Assembly: GCA_963790025.1 (NCBI GenBank)
Contig: CAWBMP010000004.1
Coordinates: 672,001-736,000 of the forward strand
Length of the DNA: 64,000 bases
Source: Nitrospirota bacterium
Lineage (GTDB): Bacteria > Nitrospirota > Thermodesulfovibrionia > Thermodesulfovibrionales > Dissulfurispiraceae
Direction of reading: 5' to 3'
Position numbers and translations under genes: made by a program. Under the pieces are notes generated by a model. It was not told the origin of the DNA. It worked only from the letters and a program-made list of their open reading frames with translations, and made no database searches. This document shows positions 10,574 to 19,693 of this stretch, in pieces; the first letter of the stretch is position 1; the number at the start of each line of letters is the position of its first letter.

Positions 10574-10991
10574 GCGTGAGGTCCTGGATATTATTAAATT
10601 GTTTTCGGATGAGTCACGGCTCAGGATACTGTTGCTGCTCCTTAAGAAGGAACTCTGTGTCTGTCAGATAATGGGGGTCCTTGATATGTCCCAACCACTT
10701 GTATCAAGAAATCTGTCCCTGCTGCTGAGGGCCGGCTTTCTTAAAGACAGACGGGAAGGAAAGCTCATGTTCTACCGGACCAAAATAATACTGCCGAAAA
10801 AACAGCGGCTTTTTCTTGCCGCAGTAAACGAACTGCTTCAAGATGATAAAACTTTAAAAAAAGATCTCCGCTCGCTTCAGGACTGTAATGAATTCCAGAA
10901 ACAGACCGGCAGGTGCGATATGGTTACTTTGAAGGCTTTCATGCGATATAGACGGCACAGAACCAGTAAGCAGTGGGCAGCACGCAATTAG
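10572..10991 (+). CDS. ArsR/SmtB family transcriptional regulator
   Basis: SDESRLRIL...ELCVCQI...SQPLVSRNL...RREGK. Confidence 0.92.
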   Translation: MREVLDIIKLFSDESRLRILLLLLKKELCVCQIMGVLDMSQPLVSRNLSLLLRAGFLKDRREGKLMFYRTKIILPKKQRLFLAAVNELLQDDKTLKKDLRSLQDCNEFQKQTGRCDMVTLKAFMRYRRHRTSKQWAARN

Positions 10992-11139
10992 CTGACAACA
11001 AAAACTAAGGAGGGAGTCAATGAATGGCAGAATTGATAGTATGAAAAACTATAAAGATAACTTTTCTTCTTTGCTGCCTTCTGCCTGCTGCTTACTGCCC
11101 ATTGTCTTCTGTTTCCTGCTTACTGCTTACTGCATACTG
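10964..11139. repeat. Inverted heptamer tandem-repeat hairpin (TAAGCAG-type / CTGCTTA-type)
   Basis: Left arm cagtaagcagtgggcagcacgcaa (10964-10987); right arm nine phased 7-mers ctgcctt ctgcctg ctgctta ctgccca ttgtctt ctgtttc ctgctta ctgctta ctgcata (11074-11136). Confidence 0.8.
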
Positions 11140-12483
11140 TCTTTTGCTGCGACGGCAGCGGCGGCGGAAGAGGGACCCCGGCCACTGCACCCCGAAAAGT
11201 CTGCGACTTTTCAGGGAAACCGGCTTTCTCTCGTGGACACGATCAAGTACGCCCTGGAAAACAATTATGAGATCAGGGCATTCAAAAATACAGTTGCAGC
11301 GACTGATGAGAATATCGGGGTGGCAAGGAGCGCTCTTTTTCCCAACCTTAATTTTGAAGAGCGTTTTACAAGGACAAACAACCCTACTTATGCCTTCATG
11401 GCAAAGCTCAACCAGGAGCGTTTTTCGTCGGCCGATTTTGCCGTCAATTCACTGAACAACCCGGCCGCTATTAATGATTTTGAGACTTCCCTGTCATTCG
11501 AACAGCCGATCTTCAATAAAAAGGCATATGTCGGGCTGAAAATGGCAAGGCAGGAGTTTACTGCAATAAATGCGGATTACACAAGAAAAAAAGAGGAGAT
11601 AGCTTTTAAAGTTACAGAGGCATATTTTGCGGTTGTGACAGCCGGCGAACGGCTCGCATTTGCGGAAAAGACACTTGATGATACCAGAGAACATCTTCGC
11701 ATCGCAGAGATGAGGTTTAAAACAGGTCTCGGCCTTTTTTCCGACACTTTGAGGGCATCTACTGCCGTTACTGAAGCAGAACAGCGGCTCGTAACCGACA
11801 GAAAAAATCTTGTAGTCGCCGGAAGGGCGCTGGGGCTTCTGCTGGGCAGACAGGAGCCTGTGAATGCTTCTGAAGGCCGGCCGGAAATTCCCTTGAAAGG
11901 CAAAGATTATTATAGCAATGCCGCTCTTTCTAGGGAAGATATCAAGTCGATGGAAGCTCTCTCCGAGAAGGCTAAAAACAGTATTGCTCTCTCCAGGGCA
12001 ACCTACTGGCCCACCCTGGGCATTAGCGGCTCTTACCAACTGAATGACCACCGCTATCCTGTCGGTCCGGAAGGAGACAGTTGGCTCATCGGGGCGTTCC
12101 TCAGGTGGGAACTTTTCGACGGTACTAAACGGGAGCATGAAGTGGCACAAGCCCGTTACCGCGCAGCCGAGACAGAGGAAAAACTTAAGGGGCTCAAAGA
12201 TACAGTGTCGTTTAAGGTGTACGCAGCATACTTAGGGATTGAGGAGGCAAAGAAGAACGTCGAACTATCCCAGTCGGCACTGAAAACCGCTGAAGAAGGA
12301 AAACGGCTGGTGGAGGAACGCTACGAAAATTCTCTCTCGCCTCTCGTAGATCTTTTGGATACACAGGTTAGCGTCGACCATGCGCGTGTCAATCTCGTGG
12401 CCAAAGAAAACGAATACCGGATCGCGGTTGCCGATCTTAGCTATGAAAGCGGGACCATTCTGAAAGACCTGAATATAGAATAA
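11020..12483 (+). CDS. TolC family outer-membrane efflux protein
   Basis: OEP repeats (ALENNYEI, ARSALFPNL, WELFDG); AGGAGG RBS. Confidence 0.92.
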   Translation: MNGRIDSMKNYKDNFSSLLPSACCLLPIVFCFLLTAYCILSFAATAAAAEEGPRPLHPEKSATFQGNRLSLVDTIKYALENNYEIRAFKNTVAATDENIGVARSALFPNLNFEERFTRTNNPTYAFMAKLNQERFSSADFAVNSLNNPAAINDFETSLSFEQPIFNKKAYVGLKMARQEFTAINADYTRKKEEIAFKVTEAYFAVVTAGERLAFAEKTLDDTREHLRIAEMRFKTGLGLFSDTLRASTAVTEAEQRLVTDRKNLVVAGRALGLLLGRQEPVNASEGRPEIPLKGKDYYSNAALSREDIKSMEALSEKAKNSIALSRATYWPTLGISGSYQLNDHRYPVGPEGDSWLIGAFLRWELFDGTKREHEVAQARYRAAETEEKLKGLKDTVSFKVYAAYLGIEEAKKNVELSQSALKTAEEGKRLVEERYENSLSPLVDLLDTQVSVDHARVNLVAKENEYRIAVADLSYESGTILKDLNIE

Positions 12484-12486
12484 AAC

Positions 12487-12647
12487 AAGTAAAAAGTGAA
12501 AAGCTTAAAGTAAAAGGAGAAAGGCAAAATGGCAATAAATAAAAAACTGAAAAAAAAAGGAACAGGGCTAAAGGCAAAAAGTAGTCTTCCTTTCGCAATT
12601 CGTCTTTGGCCTTTTACTTTTTACTTTTTACTTTTTACTTTTTGCCT
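12487..12647. repeat. Inverted heptamer tandem-repeat hairpin (AAGTAAA / TTTACTT)
   Basis: Six phased 7-mers aagtaaa aagtgaa aagctta aagtaaa aggagaa aggcaaa end at the ATG (12529); ttggcct (tttactt)x4 tttgcct at 12606-12647. Confidence 0.85.
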
Positions 12648-13680
12648 GCTTTTGCCTGGTTGCAAGGACAAAGTGGGGCCCGGCACAGTGGCAGTGACCA
12701 GGCAACCGGTAAAGGGGGTAACTATCGCAACAGTTCACCCGTCCGAAGTGCAGGAGTATTTTGAAGCGTCAGGCACTATTAAGGCTAAGACTATAAGCCG
12801 GGTCGCAAGCAAAGTAATGGGGACCGTCACGTCACTCAGAGTTAAGGAAGGCGACCAGGTCCGTGCAGGACAGGTACTCATGACGATAGACGACAGGGAC
12901 ATGGCCCAGAAGGTGACTGCGGCAGAAAAGACGCTCGAGGTTGCACAGCAAAACAGATCGCTGGCCGATATTACTTACGGGCGCTACAAAAATCTTTATG
13001 ACAAAAGGGCCCTGTCACAGCAGGAGATCGATCAGATAGAGACACAAAAAAAAGTCGCAGAACTGGATTACGAACGGGCGAAGGCGCTGCTTACCGAGGC
13101 ACAGATCAACCACGGTTTCTCAAGGATAACAGCCCCGATATCTGGGATAGTGACTGAAAAGAAGATCGAGTTCGGGAGTATGGCGGTACCGGGTACCCCC
13201 CTTCTGGTTGTGGAAGACACTTCTTTTTACGAGGTAGAAGCCCCTGTGGACGAGAGACTGGCGGGAAAATTGAGAGTCGGGATGCCGGCAGAGATCGTAA
13301 CCGATTCGCCGGGGCAGCGGATGCCGGGAAAAATTACCGTGATCGTTCCTCTGGTTGACGCCATGTCGCGGACATTCATCGTGAAGGTCGGTGTTGCAGG
13401 CCCCTCGCTGAGAACAGGCCTTTACGCAAAAGTAAGGATACCTGTCGGGGAAAAGCAGGCGATCCTGGCGCCTGAATATGCGGTGGTGGAGAAAGGACAA
13501 CTGACCGGCGTATACGCGGTTGACAGCCAAGGGATAATCGCATACCGGCTGGTGCGGCCCGGCAGGAAATACAACGGTTCCGTGGAGATTTTGTCCGGCA
13601 TCAATCCTGGTGACAGAATCATTACGGGGGGTGTTGAACATGCAGTTGATGGCGGGATCGTGACCGGGGCACGCAAGTAA
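12529..13680 (+). CDS. RND efflux periplasmic adaptor (MFP) lipoprotein
   Basis: LLPGC lipobox, [27 protein letters not shown]. Confidence 0.92.
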   Translation: MAINKKLKKKGTGLKAKSSLPFAIRLWPFTFYFLLFTFCLLLPGCKDKVGPGTVAVTRQPVKGVTIATVHPSEVQEYFEASGTIKAKTISRVASKVMGTVTSLRVKEGDQVRAGQVLMTIDDRDMAQKVTAAEKTLEVAQQNRSLADITYGRYKNLYDKRALSQQEIDQIETQKKVAELDYERAKALLTEAQINHGFSRITAPISGIVTEKKIEFGSMAVPGTPLLVVEDTSFYEVEAPVDERLAGKLRVGMPAEIVTDSPGQRMPGKITVIVPLVDAMSRTFIVKVGVAGPSLRTGLYAKVRIPVGEKQAILAPEYAVVEKGQLTGVYAVDSQGIIAYRLVRPGRKYNGSVEILSGINPGDRIITGGVEHAVDGGIVTGARK

Positions 13681-16600
13681 TGAACGCGTTGGGCCCTGCC
13701 GGCATGATTGCAAAGGCTTTTATCAACTCAAAACTCACTCCGCTGATCGTCATTGCATCTCTGCTCCTGGGGGTATTTGCAATTATAGTGACTCCCAGGG
13801 AAGAGGAACCTCAAATCGTCGTGCCTATGATCGATGTGTACGTTACATACCCAGGCGCGTCCGCGAGGGAGGTGGAAGAGCGTGTGACCAAGCCGATGGA
13901 AAAGTTCCTGTGGGAGATCAAGGGGGTGGAGTATGTTTACTCAATCTCTAAACCCGGCATGAGCATAGCCATTGTAAGGTTCTATGTGGGCCAGGACATG
14001 GAGAACAGCATTGTCAATCTATACAACAAGCTCATGTCCAATTACGACAAGATCCCGCCGGGGGTATCGCAGCCCCTCGTAAAGCCGAAGTCCATTGACG
14101 ATGTCCCCATTCTGACCTTTACTCTCTGGAGCGGCCAGTACACTGGATACGAACTGAGGAGAGTTGCCGTGCAGGTTGCCGACGAACTAAAAAAGGACAG
14201 CGATGTAGCGGAATTTTCAGTTATCGGCGGCCAAAAAAGACAGGTAAAGGTAAGTGTCGATCCCAGCCGCCTCAGGGCATATAACCTCTCTCCTTCACAA
14301 GTAATTCATATGCTCCAGAAAGCCAATTTCGCACTGCCGTCGGGGGCTTTTCCTTCGCAGAACCGGGAATTCCTGGTCGAAACCGGGGCATTTCTTAAAA
14401 ACGCGCAGGATGTGGGAAATGTGGTGGTGGGCGTGTACAGCGAGAGACCTGTTTATCTCAGGGACGTCTCCCAAATAACGGACGGTCCCGAGGAGCCTGC
14501 GGACTATGTCTTCATGGGCCTGGGTCCGGCGTCGCTGAAGAACGTGGAGTATTCCACGCTGCAGAATAAGGCGGGCCAGTACGAGGCTGTAACTATTGCC
14601 ATCGCCAAGAAGAAAGGGACCAACGCCACCCATATTGCTGAAAGGGAGTTGAAGAAGATAGAAGCATTGAAGGGGAATATCATCCCGTCGGGAGTGGAAA
14701 TCACCACAACACGGAATTACGGTGACACTGCAAAGGAAAAATCCGACGAACTGCTGGAGCACATGCTTATTGCCGCGATCTCGGTCACTGTCCTGATCGC
14801 CCTCGCCCTCGGATGGAGGGAATCCATAGTTGTGGCGGTGGCCGTGCCGGTGACTCTTGCGCTCACCATCCTTGTCAACTACGCGCACGGCTATACCCTT
14901 AACAGGGTCACGCTTTTTGCGCTCATCTTTTCCATTGGTATTCTGGTTGACGATGCGATTGTCGTGGTGGAAAATATACATCGTCACTTCAGGATGGGCA
15001 CCGTTGACCGGGAAACTGCGGTACTATCCGTGGATGAGGTTGGAAACCCGACCATTCTCGCTACGTTTACTGTCATTGCGGCCCTTCTGCCCATGGCGTT
15101 CGTATCGGGGTTGATGGGTCCATACATGCGGCCCATTCCCGTCGGCGCGTCTGCGGCGATGCTGCTCTCGCTGCTTATCGCCTTTATTATAAGCCCGTGG
15201 CTGAGCTACATCCTCCTGAAAGGCACGAAGAAAGATTCGGAGGGACACGGGGAAAAAGAAGAAAGCAGGTTTATGGGCACGCTGAACAAGATGTATGAGG
15301 CCAATCTGAGAGGGCTTCTTGAGAGCAAGAAAAAAAGAGTTATCGGCTTAGTGCTTGTCCTCCTGCTCATGGGAGGTACGATAGCCCTGGTCCCCCTGAA
15401 ATTGGTTATCGTGAAAATGCTCCCTTTCGACAATAAAAGCGAACTGCAGGTCATCATCGACATGCCGGAAGGCTCCACGCTGGAAGAGACTGCGGCGCTC
15501 ACACGGGGTATTGGGGAATACCTGAAAGCCGTGCCGGAGGTAACCAACTACCAGTCCTATGTTGGCACTGCAGCGCCCTTTAACTTCAATGGCCTGGTGC
15601 GGCACTATTTCCTGCGGTCTGGAAGCAATGTCGCGGATATTCAGGTCAATTTTGTTCCAAAGGGCGAGCGGAAGGCGCAGAGCCACGATATCGCAAAAAG
15701 GATACGGCCTGAAATCGAGAAGATCGGCGAGAGGTTCAAGGTGCGCAGCATCAAAATCGTGGAGATACCACCGGGTCCTCCCGTACTGAGCACTCTTGTG
15801 GCGGAGGTGTACGGACCTCATTTCAACAGGCAGATAGATATAGCACGCCAGATAAAGGACATTTTCAGCAAGACCAGAGGCGTGGTCGACATAGACTGGT
15901 ACATGGAAGACGACCAGAAGAAGATGACCTTTGACGTGGACAAGGAAAAAGCCGCCTATAACGGGATCAGCACGGAAGATGTTGCTCAAACACTTAAAAT
16001 TGCCCTGGGAGGATCCGTCGCCGGACTCGCGCACATGGACAAGGATTTAGAGCCTGTTGATTTGTATTTTCGCACGCCTATTCCCGAGAGGGCAGGTCTG
16101 GAACGACTGCAGGAAATTGCTCTTCCTTCGAACTCGGGCGCCATGGTGCCTCTATCCGAACTCGTCAAAGTAAGAGAGGGAATCGAGAACAAGACAATTT
16201 ATCATAAGAACCTTAAGCGTGTGGTTTATGTAATCGGGGACGTAGCCGGCACCGAGGAGAGCCCGGTTTATGCAATTATGAAGATGAAAGAGGCGGTGAA
16301 AAAGCTCAGGCTTCCGGAGGGCTACGAACTTAAGCAGTACAATGCCGTGCAGCCCTGGCTTGAGAACAAATATTCCATGAAATGGGACGGAGAGTGGCAC
16401 ATCACCATTGAGGTGTTCAGAGACCTGGGCATCGCCTTCGCGGCGGTGTTGCTTTTAATCTATATAATGGTCGTGGGCTGGTTCAGGTCGTTCATAGTTC
16501 CTATCGCCATTATGGCCCCGATTCCACTTTCCCTGATTGGAATTCTGCCCGGCCATGCACTGATGGGCGCGTTCTTTACTGCAACCTCCATGATAGGATT

Positions 16601-16898
16601 CATTGCAGGAGCTGGAATAGTTGTGAGAAATTCGATCATACTGGTTGATTTTATCGAGCTTAAACTCTCCGAAGGAGTGCCGCTGAAGGAGGCGGTGGTT
16701 CAGGCCGGTGTCATACGGTTCAGGCCGATGCTGCTCACAGCGGCCGCGGTAGTGGTAGGGTCATCCGTCATACTCTTTGACCCCATATTCCAGGGCATGG
16801 CGATATCCCTGATGGCCGGCGAGGTCGCATCGACATTTCTGTCGAGAACAATGGTGCCCGTACTCTATTATATGATGAAACAAAAAGGAGGAGAATAA
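13680..16898 (+). CDS. RND efflux permease (AcrB/CusA superfamily)
   Basis: [33 protein letters not shown]; 1072 aa. Confidence 0.95.
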   Translation: MNALGPAGMIAKAFINSKLTPLIVIASLLLGVFAIIVTPREEEPQIVVPMIDVYVTYPGASAREVEERVTKPMEKFLWEIKGVEYVYSISKPGMSIAIVRFYVGQDMENSIVNLYNKLMSNYDKIPPGVSQPLVKPKSIDDVPILTFTLWSGQYTGYELRRVAVQVADELKKDSDVAEFSVIGGQKRQVKVSVDPSRLRAYNLSPSQVIHMLQKANFALPSGAFPSQNREFLVETGAFLKNAQDVGNVVVGVYSERPVYLRDVSQITDGPEEPADYVFMGLGPASLKNVEYSTLQNKAGQYEAVTIAIAKKKGTNATHIAERELKKIEALKGNIIPSGVEITTTRNYGDTAKEKSDELLEHMLIAAISVTVLIALALGWRESIVVAVAVPVTLALTILVNYAHGYTLNRVTLFALIFSIGILVDDAIVVVENIHRHFRMGTVDRETAVLSVDEVGNPTILATFTVIAALLPMAFVSGLMGPYMRPIPVGASAAMLLSLLIAFIISPWLSYILLKGTKKDSEGHGEKEESRFMGTLNKMYEANLRGLLESKKKRVIGLVLVLLLMGGTIALVPLKLVIVKMLPFDNKSELQVIIDMPEGSTLEETAALTRGIGEYLKAVPEVTNYQSYVGTAAPFNFNGLVRHYFLRSGSNVADIQVNFVPKGERKAQSHDIAKRIRPEIEKIGERFKVRSIKIVEIPPGPPVLSTLVAEVYGPHFNRQIDIARQIKDIFSKTRGVVDIDWYMEDDQKKMTFDVDKEKAAYNGISTEDVAQTLKIALGGSVAGLAHMDKDLEPVDLYFRTPIPERAGLERLQEIALPSNSGAMVPLSELVKVREGIENKTIYHKNLKRVVYVIGDVAGTEESPVYAIMKMKEAVKKLRLPEGYELKQYNAVQPWLENKYSMKWDGEWHITIEVFRDLGIAFAAVLLLIYIMVVGWFRSFIVPIAIMAPIPLSLIGILPGHALMGAFFTATSMIGFIAGAGIVVRNSIILVDFIELKLSEGVPLKEAVVQAGVIRFRPMLLTAAAVVVGSSVILFDPIFQGMAISLMAGEVASTFLSRTMVPVLYYMMKQKGGE

Positions 16899-17131
16899 TG
16901 TACTTGGCAAAAACCGATACCTGGTATCTGGAACGTATAATCTGGCTAATAGCCGGAATTTTCTCATTGTCGAGCGCAGTGCTGGCATGGGCCTACAGCC
17001 CTTACTGGCTCATTTTGACGGCCCTTGTGGGCCTAAATCTGATTGTGTTTGCGCTGACCGGATACTGTCTCATGGCAAATATCATATACAAACTCGGCGC
17101 GAAACCGCGACTGCAAAAAAAGGCTGAATAA
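16898..17131 (+). CDS. DUF2892/YgaP-like small membrane protein
   Basis: ERIIWLIAG...VGLNL...TGYCLMA; start overlaps the RND stop. Confidence 0.85.
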   Translation: MYLAKTDTWYLERIIWLIAGIFSLSSAVLAWAYSPYWLILTALVGLNLIVFALTGYCLMANIIYKLGAKPRLQKKAE

Positions 17132-17198
17132 CATAATCAGAAGGCATAAGGAGATAACCTTTTATCAGCGGTGACCACTGTGAGTCCGGCAGCAGGTG

Positions 17199-17636
17199 TC
17201 AGGCGCGCCGTTTCTCATCCGTATTTTTTGAAGTGCCTTCCTGACACGATTCGGCCAAGACTTGTTTGCGAGTCTGGTCGCGCAGATACTCCAGCAACTC
17301 CTGCCAACTCACGCCACGCCGTTGCGTCTCGCTCTTGATCCAATCCAACATCAACAGTCGCCGGGAAAGTGGTATGCCTTCAGTGCCAACTGCCAGCGTG
17401 GTGCCGCAAGGACAGTTAGCAAGAGCCATGGTTCCGGTTGGCCTCGTGGTGTTCCAATCGCCAAGTTCTGCATCATAGGATACCATCGATCCCACTCGTT
17501 CGGTGATCAGTATATACTCCCGTAGCGAGGCAAAATGGCGGTGACAATTGGAACAGACCTTGGGGAAAAGTCCTTCCAAGTGTTCGCGCATAGTCCCTAT
17601 AACTTCAGCTTCTGTCACCGTAGGAGAGGTTGTCAT
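17199..17636 (-). CDS. Hypothetical protein with CxxC...CxC (probable Zn-binding)
   Basis: FPKVCSNCHRHF...NCPCGTTL; no signal peptide. Confidence 0.7.
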   Translation of the reverse strand: MTTSPTVTEAEVIGTMREHLEGLFPKVCSNCHRHFASLREYILITERVGSMVSYDAELGDWNTTRPTGTMALANCPCGTTLAVGTEGIPLSRRLLMLDWIKSETQRRGVSWQELLEYLRDQTRKQVLAESCQEGTSKNTDEKRRA

Positions 17637-17890
17637 CTCACATAATTATTAACTATTTGTCGTTATATTAGCAGACTTTGGGGCAAATTAAAAGGAATAA
17701 ATAATTATTTTTAGGACCTTTGATGATTTCGGGAGTCATGATGTTGAGCGGAATGATAATTTGATGGACTTCGTTTGACAAAATCGGCGCCGATGGCGGG
17801 TCAGCTTTCCATGCCCCTTAACAGATTTCGTCAAGAGTCAACGGGCTGACCCATTATACATACCGCTTTTTTCCCTGCTAAATGGGTGGA

Positions 17891-18253
17891 TTATGAATCA
17901 AACTCACCCACTGGATGATGAATCAAAATGCATCTGAGTTTCGAAATGTTAAGTTCCCGGGCTATTTCCACATAATGTGGGTTGCTCAGGAGGGTGTAGC
18001 CGTCTGAATCGCAATAAACATGCACAGCATCTTCGAGTCCAGGATTTGCTATTACAGCCATGACTCTTGCTCTTTCTTCCTGGGAAATCGGCAGATCACG
18101 AAGATACCCCGGCACATTGATGGCTGATACCGGTACATATATTATTTCTTCACCATACAGTATCGCTGACGCATTATTGATTTCTTCCATATCATTGAAC
18201 TCCTTTGCTGCTTCTGTCTTATTGTTTGTGATCTGTGCTACAAGGCTTTCCAT
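17891..18253 (-). CDS. Small ParB/Srx-like N-terminal-domain protein (degenerate)
   Basis: VPVSAI...LR...GLEDAVHV...GYTLLSNPHYVEIARELNISKLRCIL follows the ParB-N pattern, but GxxR is replaced; GAAAGGA RBS. Confidence 0.6.
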   Translation of the reverse strand: MESLVAQITNNKTEAAKEFNDMEEINNASAILYGEEIIYVPVSAINVPGYLRDLPISQEERARVMAVIANPGLEDAVHVYCDSDGYTLLSNPHYVEIARELNISKLRCILIHHPVGEFDS

Positions 18254-18504
18254 ACACTATCCTTTCGAGACATGATTTACCTATCCTGAAGGACAGGTTG
18301 CAACAAGGTTTTGATGCGACCATGCGGACGCATCAGGCCTGCATGCAGAAGTGGTCCAATTGCAATAAATTGCCAAGGCAATAATGCGTGCAACCATAAG
18401 AACATTGCATGGGCGATAGAGAATACGGCTGAACAAAATTTGAAATCTCCGTACAGAGTGGTGGCCGTTGGAACGGCCTCTGTATGAAGTGTATGGAGGC
18501 TCGC

Positions 18505-18580
18505 TCTTCGGTAACCAGGCTATCCCAAAGGGACCCATGGCTTTGCGTCCCACAATTACTTGTGGTTTGCCTTTTTCAGA
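18505..18580 (-). ncRNA. Cyclic di-GMP-I (GEMM-I) riboswitch
   Basis: Minus strand reads AAAGGCAAACC-ACAA-GTAA-TTGT-GGGACGCAAAGCC...GGGATAGCC-TGGTTACCGA, the canonical GEMM core with a GNRA loop. Confidence 0.92.
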
Positions 18581-18606
18581 AACGATCGGCTATTCGCCTT
18601 AATGTG

Positions 18607-18635
18607 ATTCTAGCAAACTCTCATTTTCTTGTCAA
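18607..18635 (-). promoter_or_regulatory. Sigma70 promoter driving the riboswitch leader
   Basis: TTGACA-17 nt-TAGAAT on the minus strand, about 25 nt upstream of the aptamer. Confidence 0.75.
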
Positions 18636-18711
18636 GAAAAAATTTTGGATCTTTCAAGCTGAGCAAACTGTGGCTGCGGTCTTCATGAGAACCACCCGTA
18701 AATTATTTAAA

Positions 18712-19617
18712 TCAAAACGGGAGAAAGAACCTGAAGTTTTTCACAAAGTCTTTAAACGCCCTCGTGACTATAGTCGAGAGATCTTTTTCAACACCGATGA
18801 AATAAAATTTCCTGTAGAGTTTTCTCCCCGTAACAGGTATGACCTTTACAGTGCCTTCTTTTATCGCCTTAAATGCCGACCATTTTGAGACAAACGAGAT
18901 TCCCAATCCCGACTGTACCATCTGGATGATCACTTCAGGATTTCCCAGAGACATTGTTACGGATATCTTATTAGGGTCGTATTTCATCTCCTGAACGAAA
19001 TCATCGATGAATTCCCTGATGCCTGTTCCGATTTCCGGCATTATGAAGGGTTGTGACAATAACTCCTGTGGGGCCACATTGTTTTTTTTCGCAAGGGGAT
19101 TGTCCTCCGATGCTATTACGACTATTTCATCCTCGGCAATTGCCTCGGCACACACCACCGGGTTTTTCAGGTTGCCTTCCACAATTCCGATATCGATCTT
19201 CCCTTCAAGCAGCAAGTTGATGACCGCTTCGGTATTCGAGACGGAGAGTTCTATCTTGACCTCGGGATATGCCTTTGAAAAATTGTAAAAGACCTGCGGA
19301 AGCAGATATATCCCGGCTGTTGTGCTGGCACCCAGGTATAGCGGGCCTTTTACAGTTTTTGTAAGCCTGTATACATCATTCTCCATCTCCTTATATTGTC
19401 CAAGTATTTTCCTGGCATGGCTGTAGAACAGTCTTCCGGCAGGTGTTGTAGTCACGCTCTTGGATTGCCGGCTGAGGAGCCTGACTCCGAGCTCGTCTTC
19501 GAGGTTCTTTATAAGATGGCTCATGGCAGACTGCGATATGAACTTGGCTTCTGCGGCTTTTGAAAAACTCTTCATTTCTACGACAAGGCAGAATGCCTTT
19601 AGTCTGTGGTCTTCCAT
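18712..19617 (-). CDS. LysR family regulator (CysL-like, resembles the selenium-metabolism-associated type)
   Basis: MEDHRLKAF...SFSKAA...SQSAMS...LEDELG; GASTT, DIGIVEG. Confidence 0.9.
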   Translation of the reverse strand: MEDHRLKAFCLVVEMKSFSKAAEAKFISQSAMSHLIKNLEDELGVRLLSRQSKSVTTTPAGRLFYSHARKILGQYKEMENDVYRLTKTVKGPLYLGASTTAGIYLLPQVFYNFSKAYPEVKIELSVSNTEAVINLLLEGKIDIGIVEGNLKNPVVCAEAIAEDEIVVIASEDNPLAKKNNVAPQELLSQPFIMPEIGTGIREFIDDFVQEMKYDPNKISVTMSLGNPEVIIQMVQSGLGISFVSKWSAFKAIKEGTVKVIPVTGRKLYRKFYFIGVEKDLSTIVTRAFKDFVKNFRFFLPF

Positions 19618-19693
19618 TCGGATTATTGTAAGTAGATCGCCGGGCAGTGTCAATGTGAACAAATCAAAACTGTCAGGGCAACGACTCCAGAAA

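Noticed and set aside
17199..17636. c-type cytochrome (CSNCH)
   Set aside because: No export signal, and a second CxC suggests a Zn site instead
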